Of a DNA stretch of 64,000 nucleotides, positions 1 through 19,699 are shown piece after piece. Origin of the DNA: the human T2T-CHM13v2.0 reference genome, Homo sapiens. The first letter of the stretch is position 1, and the number at the start of each line of letters is the position of its first letter. The notes under the pieces were generated by a model that saw nothing but the letters and a program-made list of their open reading frames with translations, had not been told where the DNA came from and made no database searches. The stretch lies in assembly GCF_009914755.1 (NCBI RefSeq), contig NC_060930.1; one strand, 5' to 3'. The position numbers were made by a program, and so were the translations under genes.

Positions 1-13
1 CACTCTGGGAAGA

Positions 14-981
14 TGTGGGGAAAAGCAAGAGAGATCAGATTGTTACTGTGTCTGTGTAGAAAGAAGTAGACATAGGAGACTCCATTTTGTTATGTACTAA
101 GAAAAATTCTTCTGCCTTGAGATTCTGTTAATCTATAACCTTACCCCCAACCCCGTGCTCTCTGAAACATGTGCTGTGTCAACTCAGAGTTAAATGGATT
201 AAGGGCGGTGCAAGATGTGCTTTGTTAAACAGATGCTTGAAGGCAGCATGCTCCTTAAGAGTCATCACCACTCCCTAATCTCAAGTACCCAGGGACACAA
301 AAACTGCGGAAGGCCGCAGGGACCTCTGCCTAGGAAAGCCAGGTATTGTCCAAGGTTTCTCCCCATGTGATAGTCTGAAATATGGCCTCGTGGGAAGGGA
401 AAGACCTGACCGTCCCCCAGCCCGACACCCGTAAAGGGTCTGTGCTGAGGAGGATTAGTAAAAGAGGAAGGAATGCCTCTTGCAGTTGAGACAAGAGGAA
501 GGCATCTGTCTCCTGCCTGTCCCTGGGCAATGGAATGTCTCGGTATAAAACCCGATTGTATGCTCCATCTACTGAGATAGGGAAAAACCGCCTTAGGGCT
601 GGAGGTGGGACCTGTGGGCAGCAATACTGCTTTGTAAAGCATTGAGATGTTTATGTGTATGCATATCTAAAAGCACAGCACTTAATCCTTTACATTGTCT
701 ATGATGCAAAGACCTTTGTTCACGTGTTTGTCTGCTGACCCTCTCCCCACAATTGTCTTGTGACCCTGACACATCCCCCTCTTCGAGAAACACCCACAGA
801 TGATGAATAAATACTAGGGGAACTCAGAGGCTGGCGGGATCCTCCATATGCTGAACGCTGGTTCCCCGGTTCCCCTTATTTCTTTCTCTATACTTTGTCT
901 CTGTGTCTTTTTCTTTTCCAAATCTCTCGTCCCACCTTACGAGAAACACCCACAGGTGTGTAGGGGCAACCCACCCCTACA
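14..981 (+). mobile_element. HERV-K(HML-2) solo LTR, LTR5_Hs type
   Basis: Begins TGTGGGGAAAAGCAAGAGAGATCAG and ends CCACCCCTACA; 968 bp; 5-bp TSD GAAGA at 9-13 and 982-986; no PBS or internal sequence follows. Confidence 0.97.
544..811 (+). promoter_or_regulatory. LTR5_Hs core signals: TATA-like TATAAA (544-549), OCT4-type ATGCAAAG (704-711), AATAAA polyA signal (806-811)
   Basis: Motifs read directly in the sequence at the positions expected in LTR5_Hs; activity at this copy is not shown. Confidence 0.7.
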
Positions 982-1409
982 GAAGATTTTAGATTTAGAA
1001 GACAAAGCAATCAATGCTCATAGCTTCACTGCCCTTACATACACTGCAATCTGCTCTCTGCCTAAAGTTGTTGGGAATACTAACGAAGTAAATGCAAGTA
1101 ATTTTAGGAAACTTTCTCAAGCCATCATGATTATATAAACATAAATCTCAAGTACAGTTATCACCAAATTATGTTACCAAATATTCCCCTCGAACTAATG
1201 ATCATTTAACGAATTAACAAAGTGGTCCACTACATAATACCATAATTGGAGGTTCCACACAAAATAGTCACTTCCTCTCCAGCACTAAGAACCTCTTTTG
1301 ATTTATTTTCCCCATGTGTCTTAATTTGTTGAGTGTCAAAAATTGTATTCCTATCATTTTTGGCTTTATCAATGATGAACATGTTTTTATTATATTTTAC
1401 TGACTTGGT

Positions 1410-2820
1410 CTTTCACTAGACAGTTATTGGTGTCAAATATGGACCATGCACCTTGCTAGGTATTTGGGATGCAAAGACAGATGTCTATCCCTGGCCTTAA
1501 GGAGTGACAGTCTGGAAAGGAAAGACAGACCAGTCAGGATAGGACTGGGTCACAGGCGCTCCGGTATGAGTCTCAGGTTTAGTAGAGATGCAAAGATGAG
1601 AGAGTATGGGAAAAGGAATAGGAGAGAGGAGGTAATGAATAGATATTTACTTATTTTTCTCAGTGGAAAAACAGGGTGTAGCCTTCTGAGCAAATTCAAG
1701 GCACAGCACAGTGTGAGGTGTTTGATGAATCTCAATGTTTGGAGCTAAGACATAGTAGAGAGCAGATGAGAGAAGGGCATAAGAAGTATGCAGAGGTCAG
1801 ATCTTTGGAGTGCTGCTCATGCTTGTCTAGACTTTATCATGTAGGCAATGGGAAGTTATGGAAAGATTTTATCAAGACAAAGACATGACTCCGTATGCTT
1901 GAAAAGATCACTCTGGGGGTGGTCCATGGATAGAGGCTGGATTAGAGAGAGGTTTAATAAATATATACGCCCAAGTACACATTTTCTCTTCTATTAACAA
2001 AACCTGTATTTTTCTTGAGAAACTAACTGCTCCCCATGCACAATTGATGGGGGTTGTGTAGGATAACTTAACTCTTAACTCTTTTTCTGGCTCATTTGGG
2101 TAAGAGCAAAGGACAGCCCATCCTGGGATTTTGCTGAAGCAGTTAAAGAGGAGGCTGTCTCTTTCAGCTGAGATGGCAAGAACAGGCTGTAAGCCTGGAA
2201 CTGAGCTGCCACCATGATGCACATTGGGAGAGCCTGCCTAGATGGAGTCGCACAGCGGAAAGTCCTAGGGTATAAGGATGGAGTGAGACAGAGCTCTCAT
2301 TATATATTTCTATGATCTGGACTGAGCTGTCCCTGGGCCTTCAGATTTCTCAATTGTATAAGCTTATTTAGTTGAGTTTTCTGTCACTTGCAACCCAAAG
2401 TTTCCTAACTAATGCAGTGAAGAAGGGAGACCAGTTCTAACAAAACAGTTCAGATGAGAGATAAGAAGCGGCCAAACTAAGGCAGTAGCAGCAGGATTGA
2501 AGAAAAGAGTGACAAAAATGAAAGAAACTAAGGGGGCAGAAAACTAAGATTCAGTGACTGATTACATCTGAGGGTGAGGAGAGGAAGATACCTAGGATGA
2601 TCCCCAGGTTTTTCACTTGACTGCCATGGCAGTGAAATTTACCACCATAGAGGATAGTTGATAAAGAGAAGGTACGAGGGAGAAGAGAATGAGTTTGATT
2701 TGGGATATGTTGAATTATGTCCTCAGGGACATCCAGGTAGAGATTAGAATAAGCAGTTTGATAATGATTCTGGAAGTCAGTAAAGAAGCCTGGACAAGCT
2801 TGAAATTGAAAATAACAACT
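1410..2820. repeat. Degenerate L2 fragments with an embedded old MaLR (MLT1-like) LTR
   Basis: L2-like phrases (tgtaggcaatgggaag, gagtttgatttgggatatgttgaatt); MLT1-like 3' end (ttttctgtcacttgcaaccc) near 2380-2400; boundaries approximate. Confidence 0.5.
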
Positions 2821-2909
2821 GTAGGTTACAGATTCCTACAACTCATAACAACTATTTGAGATCCCAAGATCCCAAGGTGGGAGCAATCAATGGATATGAA
2901 CAAAAAAAT

Positions 2910-3131
2910 TGCTGTTTCTCAAAGAAAGTGCAACTTATGTTTTTGGTATGACACTTCTTGTTTTTCAGAACTGTTTAGGACATTGTTGAATTTTAACATC
3001 TCCAGATGCTGGCACTAAACGCTGGAGCACCTTCCATCCTTCAGTAAATGCAACAACTGGAAATGGCCCCCTATGGTTCTCAGTGTCCCCTGGAGGGGTA
3101 GTATCATCTTCCATACGCCGTGTGAATCACT
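2910..3131. mobile_element. MER20-like hAT DNA transposon fossil
   Basis: Resembles recalled MER20 consensus (tgtcccctggaggg...gaatcacta); heavily diverged. Confidence 0.45.
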
Positions 3132-4454
3132 ATGACTAGTGTGTGGATCTGTGTGCTAGCATATGGGTAGCCTTCTACTCCTGTGTCCTTCATACAAATA
3201 TAGAGGAAATCGCTCATCTGTAAGTTCAATGAAAAAGCCGCACAATGAATCCAACTCTGAAAAAGCTGAATGCTTTCACACTATGTCATCCTGCCTGCCT
3301 GTCCTGCTCTTCTCAGAACCCCAATCTTCTTAGATGAATGCTCAGAAGCTCTGTCTCCTGTAGCCACCTTCAGCCCACATACCACCTGTGCAAAAATGTA
3401 CATACATATCAATGTGCATGAGCATGGTGTCACAACACACATCTAACTTTGTGTCTGTTTGCAGATGCGCATCCATGATATGGACCACTTGTGCCATTTC
3501 TAAGTTTGGGAAATATTTAATATCATTCAAAGCCAACCAATATGGCAGTATGCTTTGAAAGTGAAATTCTAGTAACATAAAAATCACATTTATCTGAAAA
3601 TGAGCAGGTTTCCATGTGTGAGTAGTAAGGTACCCATGTGTTGAGAGTGACATGTAACGTGGGGTTTGTAAAAACCTCCGACAATGTTGAATATATAAAA
3701 GACATTACTGAAGTATGCAATGATTGGCTCCTTGATTCAATGAGTAATAGGTACCTCTCAGACTAATTTGAAAGCCTTCATTTTTTTTTGACAAGCTCTT
3801 TAATTTGCACAGTATCATGAATTAACTTGTATGTAAACATAGCAATTTGATGAATTAAATGCATTAAATAAAACGCATTGAGTGCATGAGATTTTATACA
3901 CTTGCTCTTGGAGTAAGAATCTCAAGGAAATTAAGCTGTCTTTATCTTTTAAAGCAGAAGCTACAAGGGGCTAATTTTTTCTCTCATTTCTATTGGAATA
4001 AGAGAGGCTGTTGGGGAGGCAGGGGGAAGAGAAGAAAGGAAAAGTAACAGGAATCTAAAAGCAAAGGAAGAGTCATTGTCCATCAGTGCCATGTCTACTA
4101 GGCTAAAGGACAGTTTTCAGGCCCAGAGCCTGTGCAAGACAGAGAAGAACATAAATTTTAAAACATCTGGTCAACATTTCATGGCATCTTCACTTAATTT
4201 TCAAGTTGAGTCACATGTGTACCTGACTAGTTTATACTTTCCTTCCTACACCATTACTACTAAAGCAGAGACAATGGGAGGTAGAAAAATGAACTAGAAA
4301 ATGTCTTCTCTCTACTGTATTTGCTACCGTATGTTCTACAGTGTGGTGAAGAAACTGGAGCCAGATACACTTGCTCCAGGGTGTAAAAAGGAAGCGGGGA
4401 AGAGCCAGGTCATTTTCTCTGCTCCTTTTTTTCCCAGGGAGGGGGCTCTCCAAG

Positions 4455-4973
4455 TGACACAGGATAGGAGAGCTCTGAAATTGGGGCTCACCCTGGGAGG
4501 GTCCTTGGCTTTGCTCAGGAAAGAATTCAAGAGTGAGCCAGGAGTGGAAGAAAGCAGGTTTATTGAAGTGGCAGTGTATAGAGAGTAGCAGTGTATAGGC
4601 CATTGGCTATCAGTATTTATGTTTATTTCTTTATTACATGCTAAATATGGAGTAGATTATTCATGAATTTTCCAGAAAAGGGGTAGAGAGTTGCCAGAAC
4701 TGAGGGTTTCTCCCCCTGTTAGACTATATAAGGTAACTTCTGGACACTGCCATGGCATTTATAAACTGTCATGGCACTGGTGAGAAAGTTCCTTTTAGCA
4801 TGTTAATGCATTATAATTAGTGTATAATGAGCAGTGAGGGCAAGCAGAGGTCACTTTCATTGCCATCTTAATTCTGGCTGGTTTCAGCTGGCTTCTTTAC
4901 TACATTCTGTTTTATCAGCAGTGTCTTTGGGACTTGTGTCTTGAGAAACAAGTCCTGCCAACTTCCTATCTCA
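4455..4973 (-). mobile_element. ERV1 solo LTR, MER41/MER66 group
   Basis: Minus strand begins TGAGATAGGAAG and ends TGTGTCA; 4-bp TSD CAAG at 4451-4454 and 4974-4977; MER41-group core (CCATGACAGTTTATAAATGCCATGGCA). Confidence 0.85.
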
Positions 4974-5111
4974 CAAGTGCAGAGCCATTTACCAGAAAGA
5001 ATGGCTTAGAATTGAGCAGTAGAGAGATCTGGCAACTCTTTGGGCTTTATATCTACTAAAACTCGGAAGAAAGCACAAATGTAGGTGTAAAAAAATGTTT
5101 TTGAAGCGTAC

Positions 5112-5258
5112 TCAGCAATTTTCTTCAAATTGCATTTGCTTTTAATGTGGCAGTGTCATCCTCAAAGTCCCAGGATGAGCTACTTGTCTCACACTGAACA
5201 GAGTCTTATTCAGGATAAGCTGCCTCCTGGCAACGACCTCAACAACAAAGAAAGTCTT
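5112..5258 (-). pseudogene. Candidate degraded exon of the minus-strand fossil gene
   Basis: Acceptor ttttcaattcatag|AAG; phase-0 reading KTFFVVEVVARRQLILNKTLFSVRQVAHPGTLRMTLPH then stop; donor CTGA|gtacgc is uncertain. Confidence 0.3.
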
Positions 5259-5499
5259 CTATGAATTGAAAATGCCAAGTTTACTTTTTAATATGCTTCA
5301 CCAACGAACAAATAAAATTATGATACTGTTTTGTGATATCACATGGACCAAGGACAATTCTTTACCTCTTACTATTCCTGTGAAAACTAGATTTCCAAGA
5401 CTCATTTTATTTATAAAATAATTATAATAATAATAACTAGTATTAGCACTAGCACTGTTGACAGGAATAGTATCAATAGTACTATGTATCAAAAACCTC

Positions 5500-5860
5500 C
5501 ATTTTGTACTTGATTAATTGTAGCAATTATTCTCCCCATTTTATTGTTGAAAACACTGAATAGTAACAAAATCAAGGGACTTGCCAGAGATTACCCAGCT
5601 AGGAAGTGGTAAAGCAAAGTTTGAGGCTAACTCTGAAGACCTCACTTTTCCTGCTACAGCATTTCCTTATGCCCATAGTTTTCAAACATTAGCATGCATC
5701 AGAATCACCCACAGGACTTACTAAAACACAGATGCTGGGCCCTACTCCAGAGTTTCTTTCTGAGTGGGTCTGGAGTGGAACCCAAGAATTTGTATTTTTA
5801 ACAAGTACCCAGGTAATGCTGATGCTTCTGGCCCAGAGATTGCACTTTGAGAACTACCAC
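5500..5860. repeat. MIR fragment followed by MER5A
   Basis: MIR core (ctccccattttattgttgaaaacactga...cttgccagagattacccagct); MER5A (catcagaatcacc...cagatgctgggccc...cactttgagaactac). Confidence 0.7.
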
Positions 5861-5946
5861 TCTATTTATATATTTTTTTTTATCATCCTTCTGTTCTCTG
5901 AAGGCTGTCTGCCCTTGTATTCAGAAGACCAAAGTGCTAATTCTAC

Positions 5947-6001
5947 CTGGCATTGCTTTCTCCAATGTTGTCTGAAGACATACGTAAAATATGGGTTCAT
6001 A
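5947..6001 (-). pseudogene. Candidate 55-bp exon of the fossil gene
   Basis: tttccatctttag|T ATG...TGC CAG|gtagaa; open (MNPYFTYVFRQHWRKQCQ); phase 2 to 0, compatible with both neighbours; preceding intron is only 72 bp. Confidence 0.35.
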
Positions 6002-6073
6002 CTAAAGATGGAAACATGTTGGGTTAATGAGGCATTACCAACAATTAATGTCCTTAATGTTTAGCAAGCTCAC

Positions 6074-6178
6074 AGGCTGTGAAAGGCAATTGGATGCAGG
6101 AGTCCCAGTAATGGTGCTCTTTCAAAGAAGTCCTTTGGGGAACATATTCTTATTTCAAAGGTAATGTTATTGAATATT
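6074..6178 (-). pseudogene. Candidate 105-bp exon of the fossil gene
   Basis: tttactatcataag|A ATA...AGC CT|gtgagc; open (IFNNITFEIRICSPKDFFERAPLLGLLHPIAFHS); phase 2 to 2. Confidence 0.45.
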
Positions 6179-8246
6179 CTTATGATAGTAAATCTGTATA
6201 CTTTGTGGAAGTAACCTAGAGTCACCCAAAGTCTAATGAAGTAAATAAACAATAGAACAAAAATAAAACACATGATTTTAGACTTTTTATAAAAGGTCAT
6301 TTTCTTGTGTGCCCTTTAGACAAATCCTGAATAAGATTTCAAAGGAAGAGGTTCAAACTTTCACAGAGTAATGGTAGGTTTCCAATGTAACTGCTTTGTG
6401 TATGTGGAAAGGATTTGGATCAAACAACTGTAACATTCCTCAAACTCTGAAATACAATTCAGTAGGAGGCTGTATCATAAAGTAATCTCAGTGCTTATCA
6501 CTTTATATTGTCAATTGCAGCGTCCACAAATTCCATGGGAAACCAGCTGTATGAAATATTTTTCAGTGAACCTTTATTGAATCAACACATACATATGAAA
6601 ATGTAAACAAATTCTAAGTATACGGCACAATGCATTTTCAGAACGAACACCTCCATGAACTCACCACCAGGTTAATGAAGCCTTACCAGCACCCCAGAAG
6701 TCCTCACCCTCTTGCCTACCCCAGCCACAACTCCTCTTGACGTAACCACTCTTCTGACTTTTATCATGACTGATTAATTTTGCTTATTTTTGAACTTTAA
6801 ATGCCCTTGTGTCTGACCTATACCACTCAATATTATGCTTATGAAATTCATCCATATTATTGATGTAGCGATAGTGGTTCATTCTCATAGTGACATAGTA
6901 TGCCATTGTATAAATAGACTACAATTAAAAAAATCATTCATGTTGTTAAAGGACACTTGAATTGCTTCTAATTCGGTGATATTACAAATGACATTTCTAT
7001 GAACATTCTGGGGCTTGTCTTTTGGTGCCACCCCACATGTATCCCACCTAAAAGTGGAATTACTGGACTACAGAACATGCCCATGTTCAGTGTCAGTAGA
7101 TACTGCCAGTTCTCCAAAGCATTGTGTCAAGGCACTCTCCCTTCAACAGTGTACAAGACACTGCACATCCTTGCCAGCACATGACATTGTCTGCATGTCT
7201 AAGTTTACCCATTCTGGTAGGCTTGTGGTTGTATCTAGTGGTTTCCACTTGCATTGCCCTGTTGACTCTGTACCCTTTTTCATGTTTACTGGCCATCTGA
7301 ATAGTCTCTGTTGTAAGGGACCTGTATAAAGTTTTTGGTTTTTTTTTTGTTTTACTGGTTTGCATGCCTTTTTCTTATTTACTTTAAGAATTTTAGAATA
7401 TATTTTGCATATGAATTATGTGTCAGTTGCATGTTTTGAAATTCTCTCTCTCATGCTTGCCTTTTCACTCTCTTAATGGTGGCTTTTAATAATTAGAAGT
7501 TCTTAAATTTTAATGTAGCCCAATGTACTCTTTCTCTTCACATTCAGTGATCTGTGTGTGCTTTTAAGACATCTTTGCCCATCCTAATGTCAGGAAGATA
7601 ACTCCCAGTTTACTTGAAGGAGCTTTAATGTTGTGCCTTTCACATTTCAATGAACAATCTATCTAGAATTAATGTTTGCCTTTGGAGTGAGATAGGGGTC
7701 AATATTTGATTTTTTCCACTATGGATATGCAGACGACTCCAAATAATTTATTGAAAAGACCACTTTTTTCTCCATTGCACTGTGATGTCACTTCTGTGAA
7801 TACATGTGTGTGTCTCTTTTTGGTCTCCATTCTTCCAATTTGTCTACTCAACTGTCTTTTCACAAACACCACACTGTCTTAATTACTGTGGCCTTATATT
7901 AAGTCTTGACATCTGCAAGTATAAGTTCTCTAGCTTTTTCCTTCTTCATTATTGTCATTTGCCACCCCTTGTATTTCCAGATATTTGAGAATCAGCTTCT
8001 CAGATCTGACAAAAAATTAACCTGGTGGGATTTTAATTATGACTGCAATAAGACTATAGATATTTGAAGTGGGGGAGAACTGACATCTTAACCAATTAAA
8101 TCTTCCAAATTATGAACATGCTATGTTTCTCTATTTATTTAGACCTTCTTCAATGATTCTCAATAATATTTTATGGTTTTCTGTATAGAAACTACAGTTT
8201 CCCTTCACATCTTTTGGTCAATTTACCCATAAGAATTGGTGTTTTT

Positions 8247-8862
8247 ACTTTTACACTGTTGGTGGGACTGTAAACTAGTTCAACCGTTGTGGAAGACAGT
8301 GTGGTGATTCCTCAAGGATCTAGAACTAGAAATACCATTTGACCCAGCCATCCCATTACTGGCTATATATCCAAAGGATTATAAATCATGCTGCTATAAA
8401 GACACATACACACATATGTTTATTGCAGCACTATACACAATAGCAAAGACTTGGAACCAACCCAAATATCCATCAATGATAGACGGGCACCATGGAATAC
8501 TATGCAGCCATAAAAAGGGATGAGTTCATGCCCTTTGTAGGGACATGGATGAAGCTGGAAACCATCATTCTTGGCAAACTATCGCAAGGACAAAAAACCA
8601 AACACCACATGTTCTCACTCATAGATGGGAATTGAACAATGAGAACACATGGACACAGGAAGGGGAACATCACACACTGGGCCCATCGTGGGGTGGGGGG
8701 AGCGGGGAGGGATAGCATTAGGAGATATATCTAATGTAAATGACGAGTTAATGGGTGCAGCACACCAACAAGGCACATGTATACATATGTAAGAAACCTG
8801 CACATTGTGCACATGTACCCTAGAACTTAAAGTATAATAAAATAAATAAATAAATAAAAGAA
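8247..8862 (+). mobile_element. 5'-truncated L1PA (about L1PA4/5) 3' end with A-rich tail
   Basis: L1 ORF2 end plus 3'UTR and (taaa)n tail; TSD aagaatt(g/t)gtgtttt at 8231-8245 and 8863-8877; small internal deletion near 8485. Confidence 0.92.
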
Positions 8863-9151
8863 AAGAATTTGTGTTTTAATGCTATTGTGGTAATAATGTT
8901 CATTTTCTATTTTACATGCTGTTATAGATATATAATTGATTTTCATATATTGATCTTATATCTGGCAACATTAATAAATTTATTAATTCTAATAATTTAT
9001 CTATAGACTTTTCTATTTTCTACATACATAATCATGTTACTTCCATATTTAGATAATTTTCTTTCTATTCAGTCTCTCTCCATTTTTCCTCTTTGATTTA
9101 TTGTACTTGGTAGGTCTCCTTATACAACCCTGAATAGAAATGGTAATAGCA

Positions 9152-15302
<6,151 letters not shown>

Positions 15303-17183
15303 AGAAATGGTGATAGCAGACATCCTTATCTCATGGCATAGCTCAGAAACAAAGCTGTATGTTTTTTACCATGATGTTTGACATTTACTGGATGTTGTTG
15401 GGCTTTCTTAATCAAATTAAAGAAATTTCCCTTTGTTCCTAGTTTGCTAAGAGGTTTTTAATATGCGTTGAATTTATCAAATGTTTTTTCTATATTCCTT
15501 AAAATGACTGTATGACTATATTTCTGCTTTATTTGGTTGCTATAGTTAATTGTATTGATTGATTTTCAAATGTTAAACCACACCTAAACATTCTTCAGAT
15601 AAACCCAAAGTAGTTGAAATTTATTACCTTTTAATTTATAGATGGATTAGAATTGCTACTATTTTGCTTTGGATTTTTGCATCTAAATTTATGACAAAGT
15701 TGATCAGGTTTTATCATGTTTTGGTGTAAAACTAACGTTAGTCTTACAAAAAAGTTGGGAAATATTCTCTGAAGAGATGCGTAAGCTTGAAGTCACTTCT
15801 TCCTTAAATATTTGGTAAAACCTGCCAGTGAAACCTTTGAGGATTGATTTCTTTGTTAGTCAATTTTTAATTCAAGAAACTAATTTAATTGGCATAGGAT
15901 CATTCAGATCTTTTGGTAAGACGTGAGATTCTAGAAATTTGACAATTTCATTTAAATTTTTTAATCGATTGGCACAAAGTTGCTTATAATATCTTTTTAT
16001 TCTTGTAACATGTAGGATTTCTACTGATGTCTTCTTTTTAGTCCTTATATTTGTTATTTGTGCCTATTCTCTTTCTTCCTTGACTGGAAGTTACCAGTTG
16101 CATTTGTTCAAGGCTTCGACTTTTGTCTTCCTTCAACTTTTTTTTCATAAACTGTAATATTTTCTAAACTATAAATTCTGTAATCACACAAAGAGTGCAG
16201 AGCAAGAGAAACCTCAAACAACAAGGACTAAACATCAAAGACTATAGGAACACCACGAAGTACATTACAGACAAGATTCTGAAACATAAGTTATTAACTG
16301 GTTTCTTTACATTTTTATTTCAGTAACTTTATTGTAAAATTATTGTTATTTATATATTTTAAAGTACCAAATTCACATCTATTCTCACATAAAATTTAGC
16401 TTTCCACTCATATTAATGCCAAATATCTCATAGCCAAATTTTAGTGATGTTTTTATGTCAATTTGTGCAGAAAAATAAGACACAATTCAAGAGTCAGATG
16501 CAGATGGTTCTACTAAACATTTGTTTTCTATTTCAGTAATTTCTGACTTTATCTGTATAATTTATTTCCTTCTACTTCCTTCAGATTTCATTTGTTGTCA
16601 TTTATCTAACTTTCTAGGCTGGATATTTAGATCATTTATTTTATGACATTTTTCTTTTTATTAGTTTATGAGCCCATAAATTTTCCTTCTAACAAGCTTT
16701 AGCTTCATACCAAAGTACTTGTATGTCACATTTTATTATCATTAAGTTTAGAATACTTTCTTATTTTCATTTAATTTATTCTTTGATCCACAGATTGTAT
16801 AGAAGTATACCTTTTTATTTGAAAAACATTGTGGATGTCCTATTTGTTTTGTTTTTTTGTTTTAATTGTGATTTATTTATTTCTAGCTTAATTCCACTGT
16901 GTTTAGTAAGCATACTTTGAATTGTCTTAATCTTTTAAAACTGTTAAGTCTTACTTTATGTCTCAGCATATAGCCAATTTTGATTAAATATACTTGACTT
17001 TATAGTTAAAGTGTGTTGCCTATAAGAAATATACGATTGGGCTTTTTTCTTTTTCATCTAGCATGAATTTTAGTTTAAACATTTAGTCCATTCATTTTGA
17101 ATGCAATTATTTATATATTTGAGTTTCTGTCTAAAATTTTAAATATTCATTTTCTTTTTGTCTCATATATATATATATATGGG

Positions 17184-17482
17184 TTTTTGTTATTGTTTTT
17201 GATGCAGAGTCTCACTCTCTTGGCCAGGCTGGAGTGCAGTGGTGCAATCTTGGCTCACTATAACCTCTGCCTCTTGGGTTCAAGCGATTCTCCCACCTCA
17301 GCCTTCTGAGTAGCTGGGACTACAGGTGCCTGTCACTACATCCAGCTAATTTTTGTATTTTTGGTAGAAACAGGGTTTCACCATGTTGGTCAGACTGGTC
17401 TCAAATTCCTAACCTCATGTAATCCACCCACCTCAGCCTCACAAAGTGCTGGGATTACAGGTTTGAACCACCACACTTGGCC
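17184..17482 (-). mobile_element. AluS element
   Basis: Dimeric Alu reverse complement with degenerate T-tail next to (AT)n. Confidence 0.92.
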
Positions 17483-18259
17483 TATATTTGTTTTATTTAT
17501 ATTTTGTGCCTTCTTTTGGATTGAGCAAGTATTTTTATTCCACTTTTTCTCCTCTGTTAGTTTCTTAATTTTTCTTTTTTACTATCATTTTAGTTATTAT
17601 CCCAGAAATTACAACATCCCTCCTTACTACAGTCTAATATGAATGAAAAGTTTTACTACATAATCAGCCAAAGCTAAAGCCTTAAAGCACTTTAAATTTA
17701 TCATGCTTGCTTCTGTATTTTGGCATAGTTGTTACACATTTTCCACATATATTGCAAACATGCAAAGGCTTTGTTATTATTGTTGTTTTTTAATCTATAT
17801 TCACCTAGATTTATTCATATTCTCACTTACTCTTTTGCTGTTAATTTTTTCCTGCATTTCTTTGCTTTCATTTGGGGCTACAGTCTTTCCTTAGTGTTTC
17901 TTTGTCTAGACATGTCTTTATTTTACTTCACTAAAATTCTAGTTGGCACTTACTCACTTTTGGCACTTTAAGATGTAATATTATTGTTTCCCAATATTTC
18001 TCTTGAGAATCTTTTCATTCGTCTTCCTTTTTCTCTTTTGAAGATAGTTTATCTTTTTTTGCCCCTTGGCTACTTTTAAGATTTTTCCTTTGTCTTTAGT
18101 TTTCAACAGTTTTACTATGATGTGCCGAGTTGCAGTTTTCTTTGTATTTTCTCTGGATGGGGTCTGTAGTGCTTCTGAATTTATAGCTTGATGTTTACAT
18201 TTTCAGTAATTTTGGAAAGTTGTTAATCCGTATTTCTTCAAGACTGTTTCTGCTCCATC

Positions 18260-18300
<41 letters not shown>

Positions 18301-18911
18301 GACATTCCAGATGCACATGTATTAGAATTTTCAACATGTAGCTTATGTCTGCTTCAGTCTATATATTTTGTACTATCATCTCTTCCAGTTCCCTTATCCT
18401 CTCAACTGTGTCCATCTGATACTGAGTTCCTTATTATAGCTATTGTACTTTTCAGTTCTTAGAATTCTATTTTGTCTTTTTTTGATATATAGATTCTAAT
18501 TATCTGGTGAAATTTTCCATCTCATAGTCTGTTTTCTCAGATATACCAATCGCAATTCTTAAGAGAAAAATGTATGACTGATAAATTAAATAGCTTGGAT
18601 TCCCATAAGTCTTTGTCTATGGTGTGTTTTTCTCTTTGTTTTGTTTCTTAATATGAGTGGCAATTTCCTATTACTGCCAAAAATCATTTTTGGAATATTG
18701 TAAAGTCACAATGTTACCTCCCTCCCTAGTGAATTTACAATGTCCTTTGGCACAGAGTGAACACATCATTGTTACATTCTTTGAAGATTTAGTCTACTTA
18801 ATCCTTAGGGTGTAGCGAATTGAAAGCCTAGGGCATTTACTAGTATCCACAGTTTTGGCTTGGCAGGTGTTGGACTCAAATTTTTATCTCCTTAGCACCA
18901 TAAAACGGCCA

Positions 18912-18921
18912 CATACACACA

Positions 18922-18969
<48 letters not shown>
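18912..18969. repeat. (CA)n microsatellite
   Basis: Long CA run with over 20 uninterrupted units. Confidence 0.95.
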
Positions 18970-18970
<1 letters not shown>

Positions 18971-19699
18971 CCCTCCACTTCACTCTGCTTTTTAGCTGCT
19001 TTCTGTTCAGCTTCATAGCCTCTGGCCCTGCCTGGTTTCTAAATCACAAAATGCATTAAGGGGAAGACTAGTGCCAAATGTGAACTTACTTCTCTGTACT
19101 TGCCTTCTCTCTGGGATCTTGGCCCTTCAAGACCTGGTTGCTTTATCAGGCCCAAACTCCATTTTGTTACCCCAGCTCTGAGAAATCACCTGTACTTCTG
19201 CTTAGCTCCTCAGCCTCTTTCTTCATTTCACAAATTGGAAAAATACCTCTGGGGAAAAGCAGCATGCAGAATATTCCTCTCGCTGCAGTAAACTTCTCTT
19301 CTCTCTTAGATCTTGGTCTCTCAAGTCCTGGCTGCCTTGCAACCTCTAATCCCTTCAAATAACAGTTTTTGCTTTTCTTCTTCTTTTTTTTTCTTCTGGC
19401 TTTCTAGTTGTTGTCAAGGGACCTTTTGGTATTTTATAAATGACACCATCAAATCCAGAAGCAGATGTCCTCAGTTCCATGGACTATTTGTTATATAACA
19501 CCTTCCCTCCTCCCCATGTCAACTCCAGCTCTCCTGTAGATAGCCGTAGCACAGGATAATGCTCTATATATCTCTTCTGAAAACATTGTTACCCCAAATT
19601 TATTACTAAATTATTAAAAAGAAAATCTTATTCTGCATTTAACACATACTAGACTCATTGCTGAAATGACTCCTACAAAATACATACAATAAATTTTAA

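Noticed and set aside
3160-3256. Further minus-strand exon (LDSLCGFFIELTDERFPLYLYEGH)
   Set aside because: Plausible acceptor and phase but no convincing donor; too weak to list as a feature
4660-4680. Interferon-responsive GAS site as in MER41B
   Set aside because: ttccagaaa does not fit TTCNNNGAA, and the subfamily is not shown to be MER41B
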